From Octopus bimaculoides (Eukaryota), in contig NC_068997.1 of the NCBI RefSeq assembly GCF_001194135.2, positions 28,402,813 to 28,466,812 on the forward strand: DNA of 64,000 nucleotides, given 5' to 3'. This document shows, piece after piece, positions 51,801 to 58,050 of the stretch. How positions within the stretch are numbered: the stretch's first letter is position 1; each line of letters starts with the position of its first letter. Position numbers and translations under genes: made by a program. The notes beneath the pieces were generated by a model. That model saw only the letters and a program-made list of their open reading frames with translations. It ran no database searches and was not told the DNA's origin.

Positions 51801-54800
51801 TTGGGCCTCACGAAGACAATAAGTGACCGAAACCTTTGGCAATATGCCATGCTTGAGAAGATCCGTCAAACCAAGTGAAATTGTGGTTGTGGCCGATGCT
51901 GGTGTCGCATAAAAAGCACCCAGTACGCTCTGTAAAGTGGTTGGCATTAGGAAAGGCATCCAACTGTAGAGACCATGCCAAATCAGAGTGGAACCTGGTG
52001 TAGCCCTTCAGCTTACCATCATCATCATTTAGTGTCCGTTGTCTATGCTGGTATGGGTTGGACGATTTGACCAGGGCTGGTAAGCTGCACCAAACTCCAG
52101 TCTGATATGACATGGCTTTCTACAACTGGATGCTCTTCCTAACACCAACCACTCAGAGGGTGTAATAGGTGCTTTTACGTGCCACCAGCACCAGGTGCCA
52201 TGACTGCGATTTTGCTTGACGGGTCTTCTTCTCAAGCATGACATAATGCCAAAGGTCTTGGTCATCTCTATGAGGCCCAACACTCAAAAGGAACTCAGTC
52301 ACTTGGCCTTTGTGAGGCCCAACCAGTTCCAGTCAACCATCTAACCCATGCCCACATGGAATGATGATGATGATGATGATGATGAACAATGTGTTTTCAG
52401 CTGAAGATGTTCACTTTTAATTATTTTATGTTTGCTGTTGGTGATGTTTACTTAATTCCCAATGATGTCATTGCTTTAGTTGGCTCACTGCTTGACCCCA
52501 TCTTGTGAGGCTCAACTTAGTGATCTCCTTCTCTAGTTTCACTTTTTATACCAATTATGTCTTGTTTTTTTTTTCTTTCCCTTAAGAATTCCAACCATTG
52601 AACTTTTAGAGTGTTTGTTGCTAACCATCCAACCATGGAGTTGAAATGGATCCTATTGTCAGTAATCCAGGCAAACTGAGGTGTAGACCTGCTGTATGGC
52701 TTCCCCACAGACACAGTACAATGGCTGCGTCAAAGAAATTTGAATTCATAAATCATATAAAAATATCCAACAGTTATTCAGCCCTCATCTTTCCCAGTTG
52801 AGGTCATTCAGGGAGTGTTAAAGAGTTGCCCTTTAATCTGAATCCTGCTCTTATTGTTGCTCCTTGCATCTTTCAGGTCACAACACCAACAAAGCCACAC
52901 TGCCCTACTACCCTCAGAACACACGTGGCGGCGGCAGTGGTGGTGCTGGAATAGGTGGCGGCAGAGGTGATGGCGGCGGCGGCAGAGGTGATGGTGGCGG
53001 CGGCAGAGGAGACGGTGGTGGTGGTAGAGGTGACGGTGGCAACAGTGGCAGTGGTATGAATATCTACACCAACAGAACTAATGTCAGTTTCAACAGTCCA
53101 CGCCAGTTTATCAGAGGAGGGTAAGTGATATTTAATCCATGCCCATCACTACAGATTATTTTCTATTCTCTTTCTCCACATTTAGGTTCTGTATAAGTTC
53201 AAACTTACAATTTTTGTAGTAATTATATTCCTTAATGTTATGTGTTTATTTCCTCTTAAGTGTGGCTGTGTGGTTAAGATGTTTGCTTCCCAGCCACATG
53301 GTTTTGGGTTCAGTCCCACTCTGTGGTATCTTGGGCAAGTGTCTTTTACTATAACCCTGGGTTGTCCAAAGCCTTGAGATTAAAATTGGTAGACAGAAAC
53401 TGAATGAAGCCTATTATCTCTCTCTCTATATATGTGTGTGTGCTTGTGAAGACCTGTTGAACCGAGTGAAATCATAATCATGGCCAATGCCAGAGCCATC
53501 TGACAGGCACCTGTGCCCATGGCATGTAAAAAAAGCACCGTTCAAGCTTTGAACCTGATAGAAGCAGTGACCAAGACCTTTGGCAATGCACCATGCTTGT
53601 GTAGAGTTGTCAAGCCAAGTAAGACCGTAGTCATGGCTGACACTAGTATCGAGTCATTGAGACCCTTGCCAGTGGCATGTAAAAAGCATCCATTACACTC
53701 TTGGAATGGTTGGTATTAGGAAGGGCATCCAGCCGTAGAAACCTTGCCAAATCAGATTGGAACCTAGTGCATACCTCCCTCCCCCAGCTTACCAGTTTTC
53801 GGTCAAACCCATGCCAGCATGGAAAGTGGATGTTAAATGATGATGGTGTGTGTCTTCTTGCCTTGACAACACATGATAGTTGTACTCATGTCATTCATTT
53901 CCAGGAAAACATGTCTGGCCTGTGGGGAAATATTTTCTTGTTTGGAAACAGGTGAGGGTTGGTGACAGGAAGAGCATCCAGCCATAGAAAATCTGATCCA
54001 TGAAAGTACAGAAAAGTAGGCGTAAAAAATCAAGAACAATGCACATGCATTTTGGTTTTCTTGATAATGGTTTGCAACTGCCACCCATGACATTCAACAC
54101 AGCTGCATTTTGGTGACTCATTTCGAGGAAAGTTGAAAGGTTAACTGCAATTTGGGTCTCATCTGTAAACCAGCATGTCTTGGAATATTTACACTTACAT
54201 TCCCGAAATAAATTTTCAGAATTTGCCATATAAAAATGACTTCTGTGGTTCAGTGTAGCTTTTGAATAGAAAAAAAGTTTTAGGAAAATAATTTTACATA
54301 AAAAGTAACTTCTGCAACGTTCCTCAGGTCTTTTCTCGTTTTATGCCCAGCAAATTCAGTGCATTTGTACATGTTTTCTTTCTCACTTTTAGTCTTGACA
54401 AACGTACAACCGTTGATCGCCGCACTGGGCGAGATAATCGCTTTTCTCTCCGAGGTGGTGGTCGTGGAGGAAATAATCTAGCCAGTGGCAGTCTAGGGGC
54501 AGCATTGCTGAGTGCAGCAGTTAGTGGTGGTGCAGCTGGATTAACTGGTCCTGGTGGAGGTGTTGGTAACAATGCTGCTGCAGCTACAGCTAGCAGCAGC
54601 AATCACTGGTTTGCATCAAAAGCTAAAGAGTTAGACATGAGGTAAATATTTTCTAATGACTTAACCTAATAATTATTACATTAATAGCGATCTGGAATAT
54701 ACTTCCCAATAAAACTATGTATATTTTAAGAATTAACCTTTTACCAACGAGAATTTGGAGTATATTTAATTGGAACTGAGATAAAAATGTTAAAACAAGT

Positions 54801-55564
54801 TTTCGGCTGTGTGCATTTAGGTATCATAAATACCAGTTTGAGACTTTAAAACAACTTGAAACCCTACTGATAAAACTTTGATACAGCTATTATTTGTCAA
54901 ATAACTACAGTTTGTTTTAACTGTTACTATTTTATCTCTGTAAATAATTTGCCAATCACTTCGTCCATTATATTGTGAGGAAGAAATGTGACAACAGGTA
55001 ATCATTAAATGTAATTAGTGACGGCCACCTGGACAGTATTTGGTTTAAGTCGTGGGTGAGCCTGCATGCTTGTGATGTCTAATCTCAGTAGCTAATTTTT
55101 TTTTTTTCAGCTATTTCGTTTCGTTCTTAGAAACGGTAGAGAACTGAAGGAGAGTGGAATGAGGGAAAGATTAATTTCCTAAAAAATCTTATTCAGTGTC
55201 TTTCCCCAGGGTGGGGGTAGCTGTTGAAAGTCAGTCTTGATCACTAATTTGTAAAATGTCAAAACACCTTAACCAATGTCTTCATATTCTGACTGTAAAG
55301 AAATTACTTTTAAAGCAGATCTTTTATCCTAAACAAAAATTTGCTGGAGATAAATGACTAAGGAATTTACTCACCAAGTCTTCAGCAACAGGAAAAATGG
55401 TACTAAAAATAACGATTGTAAAATATGTGCCTACATTACTATCAGCTATGAAATACTCAATCCCAAAGTTTAATATATCTTAATATTTTTATATTCACAG
55501 ATTCCAACCTACTTTTAGAGGAAGACGAGAAATCAGCAGACATTTCCGTTCTTTCACAAAGTAA
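8708..55564 (+). CDS. VIRMA: Protein virilizer homolog (m6A methyltransferase complex scaffold), 5'-partial, 38 coding exons in window
   Basis: Exon peptides match recalled VIRMA motifs in order: [90 protein letters not shown] and C-terminal RHFRSFTK*. All readable introns are GT-AG and splice phases chain consistently. The N-terminal ~85 aa were not found in the window. Confidence 0.97.
9340..9715 (+). mobile_element. tRNA-derived SINE, full length (head, CORE-like CCTTGGGCAAG block, microsatellite, 3' tail type A)
   Basis: GCAGGAGTGACTGTGTGGTAAG...GGTTCAGTTCCAC (Pol III A/B-like boxes). Similar copies at 7020-7390(-), 17620-17995(-), 25650-26030(+), 48620-48978(-), 58530-58905(-), plus many heads. 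Confidence 0.85.
10095..10500 (+). mobile_element. tRNA-derived SINE with the same head but an RTE-like 3' tail (type B)
   Basis: Tail ...GCATCCAGCTGTAGAAA...CCCAT...GCATGGAA...GATGA is shared with the RTE 3' ends; related copies at 7787-8070, 38145-38470, 53860-54010. Confidence 0.75.
10645..10789 (+). CDS. VIRMA: VIRMA exon (VIR_N end, poly-Pro)
   Basis: [48 protein letters not shown]; phase 0 to 1. Confidence 0.95.
11697..12719 (+). CDS. VIRMA: VIRMA exon, 1023 nt, Q-rich then RD/RS-rich
   Basis: TTCAG|CA...GATTCTG|GTAGGT; open in ORF 11615..12760; phase 1 to 1. Confidence 0.85.
13512..13600 (+). CDS. VIRMA: VIRMA exon
   Basis: [30 protein letters not shown]|GTAAG; phase 1 to 0; acceptor ambiguous (in-frame alternative at 13587). 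Confidence 0.7.
14097..14177 (+). CDS. VIRMA: VIRMA exon (acidic)
   Basis: [27 protein letters not shown]; phase 0 to 0. Confidence 0.92.
14258..14625 (+). mobile_element. RTE LINE 3' end fragment
   Basis: EGTCGRG.PRKT...[10 protein letters not shown] plus 3' UTR and GAT tail. About 25 similar RTE-tail copies occur in both orientations (e.g. 5270-5460, 6175-6340, 24360-24585, 29826-30025, 32486-32680, 38900-39195, 40860-41120, 45030-45300, 47588-47780, 53440-53845). Confidence 0.8.
15465..15554 (+). CDS. VIRMA: VIRMA exon
   Basis: [30 protein letters not shown]|GTAAGT; phase 0 to 0. Confidence 0.88.
18046..19480 (+). mobile_element. RTE-clade LINE, 5'-truncated, with (GAT)n tail
   Basis: Open frame 18048-18374 reads [21 protein letters not shown]...[36 protein letters not shown]; then an N-gap; then the 3' UTR ending GGAAAGCGGACGTTAAAC(GAT)n. 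Confidence 0.88.
19695..19766 (-). pseudogene. tRNA-Pro pseudogene (anticodon mutated to AAG)
   Basis: 72 nt TGCCCTTTGGTCTAGGGGTATGATTTTCACTTAAGGTGTGAGAGGTCCTGGGTTCAAATCCCAGACGAGCCC is colinear with eukaryotic tRNA-Pro. The acceptor stem has 3 mismatches, and a TTTT terminator follows. Confidence 0.85.
20912..21060 (+). CDS. VIRMA: VIRMA exon
   Basis: [14 protein letters not shown]...EHQR|GTAAGT; phase 0 to 2. Confidence 0.9.
21499..21578 (+). CDS. VIRMA: VIRMA exon
   Basis: [27 protein letters not shown]; phase 2 to 1. Confidence 0.93.
21982..22111. repeat. Tandem repeat, 43-bp unit x3
   Basis: CTTCAGCCAAGTGACCAGTAG(C/T)TTAGCCATTCCACT starting at 21990, 22033 and 22076. Confidence 0.9.
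22252..22440 (+). mobile_element. Second tRNA-derived SINE family (GCCTTTCATCCTT...AATAAGTACCAG central domain)
   Basis: GGCGAGCTGGCAGAATCGTTAGC...GAGTTCAAATTC head; copies at 56520-56690(-), 61480-61640(-), 63625-63730(+). Confidence 0.8.
22648..22808 (+). CDS. VIRMA: VIRMA exon
   Basis: [23 protein letters not shown]...[17 protein letters not shown]; phase 1 to 0. Confidence 0.93.
23000..23340 (-). mobile_element. RTE-type LINE C-terminal fragment (third family)
   Basis: ORF 23062..23319 VRFTGHEL...[16 protein letters not shown]. Confidence 0.65.
23830..24140 (-). mobile_element. RTE-type LINE C-terminal fragment (second family; related copy 40560-40770)
   Basis: ORF 23819..24079 [14 protein letters not shown]...DRILWKRCL; nearly the same peptide in ORF 40589..40960. 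Confidence 0.7.
25136..25486 (+). CDS. VIRMA: VIRMA exon
   Basis: [12 protein letters not shown]...[11 protein letters not shown]...[13 protein letters not shown]; phase 0 to 0. Confidence 0.93.
26268..26356 (+). CDS. VIRMA: VIRMA exon
   Basis: [29 protein letters not shown]; phase 0 to 2. Confidence 0.92.
26813..27071 (+). CDS. VIRMA: VIRMA exon (poly-Gly tract)
   Basis: [11 protein letters not shown]...G11...[15 protein letters not shown]; phase 2 to 0. Confidence 0.9.
27743..27840 (+). CDS. VIRMA: VIRMA exon
   Basis: [32 protein letters not shown]; phase 0 to 2. Confidence 0.9.
28358..28538 (+). CDS. VIRMA: VIRMA exon
   Basis: [13 protein letters not shown]...[26 protein letters not shown]; phase 2 to 0. 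Confidence 0.93.
29190..29355. mobile_element. hAT (Charlie-like) MITE
   Basis: CAGGGGTTCCC...GGGAACCATTG termini; degenerate 8-bp TSD GTGTAGAC/GTGCAGAT. Confidence 0.75.
29452..29569 (+). CDS. VIRMA: VIRMA exon
   Basis: [39 protein letters not shown]; phase 0 to 1. Confidence 0.92.
30171..30266 (+). CDS. VIRMA: VIRMA exon, 3' part lost in N-gap
   Basis: [31 protein letters not shown] then Ns. Confidence 0.88.
31914..32090 (+). CDS. VIRMA: VIRMA exon
   Basis: [16 protein letters not shown]...[17 protein letters not shown]...SD|GTAAGT; phase 1 to 1. Confidence 0.88.
33079..33265. mobile_element. MITE-like fold-back with ~60-bp TIRs
   Basis: 33079-33139 is the reverse complement of 33206-33265 with ~3 differences; the left end abuts an N-gap. 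Confidence 0.7.
33310..33520. mobile_element. Tc1/mariner-type MITE
   Basis: ~30-bp TIRs C(G/A)GGGTGGCCCAAAAGTAGGTTT(G/A)CAGTTAT flanked by TA on both sides. Confidence 0.85.
33663..33866 (+). CDS. VIRMA: VIRMA exon
   Basis: [14 protein letters not shown]...[22 protein letters not shown]; phase 1 to 1. Confidence 0.92.
34440..34525 (+). CDS. VIRMA: VIRMA exon
   Basis: [29 protein letters not shown]; phase 1 to 0. Confidence 0.92.
35224..35370 (+). CDS. VIRMA: VIRMA exon
   Basis: [13 protein letters not shown]...LIMSRESE|GTAAGC; phase 0 to 0. Confidence 0.88.
36267..36355 (+). CDS. VIRMA: VIRMA exon, 5' part lost in N-gap
   Basis: [29 protein letters not shown]|GTGAG. Confidence 0.87.
37180..37246 (+). 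CDS. VIRMA: VIRMA exon
   Basis: [22 protein letters not shown]; phase 0 to 1. Confidence 0.9.
37747..37883 (+). CDS. VIRMA: VIRMA exon
   Basis: [15 protein letters not shown]...[20 protein letters not shown]; phase 1 to 0. Confidence 0.95.
37914..38106. mobile_element. piggyBac-type MITE (second, inverted and truncated copy at 30644-30848)
   Basis: TTAA|CCCTTTCGTTAC...GTGACGAAAGGG|TTGA. Confidence 0.75.
38506..38614 (+). CDS. VIRMA: VIRMA exon
   Basis: [36 protein letters not shown]; phase 0 to 1. Confidence 0.95.
39489..39579 (+). CDS. VIRMA: VIRMA exon
   Basis: [30 protein letters not shown]; phase 1 to 2. Confidence 0.95.
41314..41520 (+). CDS. VIRMA: VIRMA exon
   Basis: [10 protein letters not shown]...[24 protein letters not shown]; phase 2 to 2. 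Confidence 0.9.
42548..43566. repeat. Compound (GACA)/(GA)/GACACACAGATAGACAGAGAGG satellite spanning an N-gap
   Basis: Simple and 22-bp tandem units on both sides of gap 42707-43412. Confidence 0.9.
43613..43724 (+). CDS. VIRMA: VIRMA exon
   Basis: [37 protein letters not shown]; phase 2 to 0. Confidence 0.87.
44519..44593 (+). CDS. VIRMA: VIRMA exon
   Basis: [25 protein letters not shown]; phase 0 to 0. Confidence 0.93.
45851..45869 (+). CDS. VIRMA: VIRMA exon, only the 3' tail emerges from the N-gap
   Basis: (G)FYHVK AG|GTATCT matches the recalled EHDYGLFHLK motif; phase 2 fits the next exon. Confidence 0.75.
46382..46640 (+). CDS. VIRMA: VIRMA exon
   Basis: [13 protein letters not shown]...[12 protein letters not shown]; phase 2 to 0. 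Confidence 0.92.
46943..47332. repeat. 390-bp inverted repeat (fold-back), ~187-bp arms, 16-nt loop
   Basis: 46943-47129 vs reverse complement of 47146-47332: about 19 mismatches by eye, including a 54-bp perfect stretch. Confidence 0.95.
47479..47581 (+). CDS. VIRMA: VIRMA exon
   Basis: [34 protein letters not shown]; phase 0 to 1. Confidence 0.9.
48280..48559 (+). CDS. VIRMA: VIRMA exon
   Basis: [20 protein letters not shown]...[11 protein letters not shown]...PKPKRD; phase 1 to 2. Confidence 0.94.
49359..49426 (+). CDS. VIRMA: VIRMA exon
   Basis: [23 protein letters not shown]; phase 2 to 1 (an in-phase alternative donor is possible after 49402). Confidence 0.82.
50052..50233 (+). CDS. 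VIRMA: VIRMA exon
   Basis: [11 protein letters not shown]...[21 protein letters not shown]...RRPDK; phase 1 to 0. Confidence 0.95.
50378..50695 (-). mobile_element. Tc1/mariner-superfamily transposon remnant (transposase C-terminus plus one TIR)
   Basis: Minus strand reads PPNSPDC...[21 protein letters not shown]...F*SRLKAV..ANGDFVE*; TA|CAGGGTG terminus at 50376-50384. Confidence 0.85.
50863..50968 (+). CDS. VIRMA: VIRMA exon
   Basis: [35 protein letters not shown]; phase 0 to 1. Confidence 0.93.
51370..52016 (+). mobile_element. Degenerate RTE LINE 3' portion
   Basis: Stop-interrupted [13 protein letters not shown]...YGHVMHMD...VKHDL followed by the same 3' UTR family. Confidence 0.75.
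52877..53120 (+). CDS. VIRMA: VIRMA exon (RGG/Gly-rich)
   Basis: [19 protein letters not shown]...(GGGRGDG)x4...RQFIRG; phase 1 to 2. Confidence 0.87.
54393..54641 (+). CDS. VIRMA: VIRMA penultimate exon
   Basis: [26 protein letters not shown]...KAKELDM AG|GTAAAT; phase 2 to 2. Confidence 0.87.
55501..55564 (+). CDS. VIRMA: VIRMA terminal coding exon
   Basis: CACAG|[24 protein letters not shown]; matches the recalled human end GRHVRSFTR*. Confidence 0.92.
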
Positions 55565-56700
55565 TTCCATCTCATAAAAAACAAAAAAACAAATTAACAT
55601 AAAGACAGTTGCAAATTTTATTCAGAACTCCGCAAGAAAAACTGCAGGAAAAATCCATTCTTTGTAAATAACCATAAATTTCACTCTTGATCTTTAAGTA
55701 AAATTCATCAATTTCACAAATTTCTTTCCTCCCGTTTCAGTCTTTTTTTTAATTTAATTAACTCAGAGAATTGAAAGTATTTTAATGCAATCAAAATTAA
55801 TTTACGAAAATAATTATATTTACAAAAATATATATTTAATATATCTTAAATGGAAGTTGACAAACATCTGCATGTCTTAGAAGTGACCTTGGTAAATAAG
55901 AGATTGGAAATGGGGAGTGATACCAGGGTGGGGGGGTAAGTAAATACACAGCTGGACAACCTAACAGGGCCATAGCAGTAAAATCATGGGTGGGAGAGGT
56001 AGGGGATAGTTTATTTCAGGTCATTTTATCTCTGAAAACACTGTCTGTTGATAAGGGCCGGAATGGAATGTGTCCGATCATAAGTGCTACTTGACCAGAC
56101 TATTTCACACTACCAACAGCATAAAAGGGAGCCACACACACACTGTGTGTGTCAGGCAATTATCAATAAGAATTACTGGAGAACTGCAGTTGAAGCTGTC
56201 ATCAGAAATGTTGCATAACTTAAAGGAACAAGAGTTCGTTTGTTCAATATTCATTTATCCTTTCAAGTAAGAGATTTCATTCCACAAGATTTTGAAAGTG
56301 AAAGTGGGGGGGACTGGCGATAATGTCAATTTTATCAGTTTTGTTTGAGCAGTGACAAGTGTGGGACATTGACATACACACATATATACACTCACACATA
56401 TATCATCATCATCATCATTGTTTAACATCCAGTCTTCCAGGCATGCATGGAAGACTGGACGACGATGATGAATTCTTTCCACTGGAAAGGATAAGGCTTC
56501 AAATTTGGGGGAAGGGATTAAGTCGATTCATTGACCCCAGTGTATAACTGGTACTTATTTAATCGACCCTGAAACGATGAAAGGCAAAGTTGACCTCGGC
56601 AGGGTTTGAACTCAGAACAGTGACAGGGGAAATACTGCTAAGCATTTCGTCCAGCGTGCTAATGATTCTGCCAGTTTGCTGCTTTTTCGGCATAAATAAT

Positions 56701-56706
56701 AATAAA
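56701..56706 (+). terminator. Candidate VIRMA polyadenylation signal
   Basis: First AATAAA found on plus after the VIRMA stop at 55564. Confidence 0.35.
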
Positions 56707-56797
56707 AGTTGTATAAAAGCGTAGTGAAGCACCCCCCCATTTTTTTTTTTTTTAAATATCTCTATTTGATCGTTTATCCACAGCCATAAGATTATAA

Positions 56798-56803
56798 TTT
56801 ATT
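56798..56803 (-). terminator. Candidate PIGN polyadenylation signal (AATAAA on minus)
   Basis: TTTATT on plus, ~530 nt downstream of the PIGN stop. Confidence 0.4.
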
Positions 56804-57335
56804 GAAATTATTCAAAGTCTTCCGTTTTAGAAAGAAATATTTCCTTTAAGGACTTCAAGAGAAATTTCTCAGCTTCAAAATCATTATGAAGATACGAAAA
56901 CATTGTCTGCTCTGCTACTAACCACCCTGACAAATAGTGAACCAACTCTCAGACCCTCTAAACTACATATTCAGCACCTGTGTCCCTGTTGGAAGGCTTG
57001 TACATCCGGTACTTGGACCTCTATGTAAACCCCCCTACACACATACCATACACAGTCACATGCATAATATTAACATAATGAGATAGACATCCCATGTGAG
57101 TTAATTGAGGGAGTTGTAAAGCTTCTCAACAAAAAAGGGGCTGGAGCCAGGGAAAGGAGTTGAAACCAATAACAGCAAAAATAAAAAGCACGGCTTAATT
57201 ATTCCAATGGAATGAAATGACTAACAATCATAAAACCGAGGTAATAAAAATACTTTGAAATACCATCAACACCAGGATTCCATCATCATCATCCAACATT
57301 TCAATATTGTGGACAAGTGGTGGTGGCGACGATTT

Positions 57336-57503
57336 TTATGCTGTTTTGAAGGTAGCGAGAGGGATGCGTAGTGTTGTGAAGCAGTGACAGATGGCATCCA
57401 ACAACAAAATAAATATTATGATAGTCATAGCAATTACATAGTGACTGATGCTGCTGCCTATCTCCAACCAGCTTCCAAAGTCTTGTACCAGGAAGAAAAA
57501 TTG
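57336..57503 (-). CDS. PIGN: PIGN terminal coding exon
   Basis: QFFFLVQDFGSWLEIGSSISHYVIAMT...TFKTA TAA. Confidence 0.96.
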   Translation of the reverse strand, partial: QFFFLVQDFGSWLEIGSSISHYVIAMTIIIFILLLDAICHCFTTLRIPLATFKTA

Positions 57504-58017
57504 CTGTAAAAAAAGAAAAGAAAAAAATAATGAATAAAGATATATATATCAGTTTGACTGAAACTGGTAAGGTGGGGGGAGTTGCACCAGGTTCCAGTCT
57601 TGATGTGGTTTCTACAGAGTGTGTTGGGTGCCATTTACATAACGGCCACAGCTATGATCTCACTTGGCTTGATGAGTCTTCTCAAGCGCAGCATATCGCC
57701 ATGGGTCTCAGTCACTTGCCATTGCCTTCATGAGGTCCAGAAATCATTTATCATTTGACATCCACTTTTCCATGTTTGCATTAGTTGGACAAAATTTGTT
57801 GAAGCAGATTTTCTACAGTGAGATGGCCTTCCTGTTGCCATCATCATTAAACGTCCATGACGACGACAATGATGATGATGAATTGACTTCAGTACTTTTT
57901 AAACCTGAAACTTATTCTATCTTTTGTTGAACTGCAAAGTTACAGGGATGTAAACACACCAACACAGTATCTGTGTCCCTCACCATTGCCTCACATCCAA
58001 AGGTACACGCGTGCATA

Positions 58018-58050
<33 letters not shown>

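Noticed and set aside
52940-53040. Four RGD tripeptides as integrin-binding motifs
   Set aside because: VIRMA is nuclear, so the RG-rich context is better read as RGG-like.
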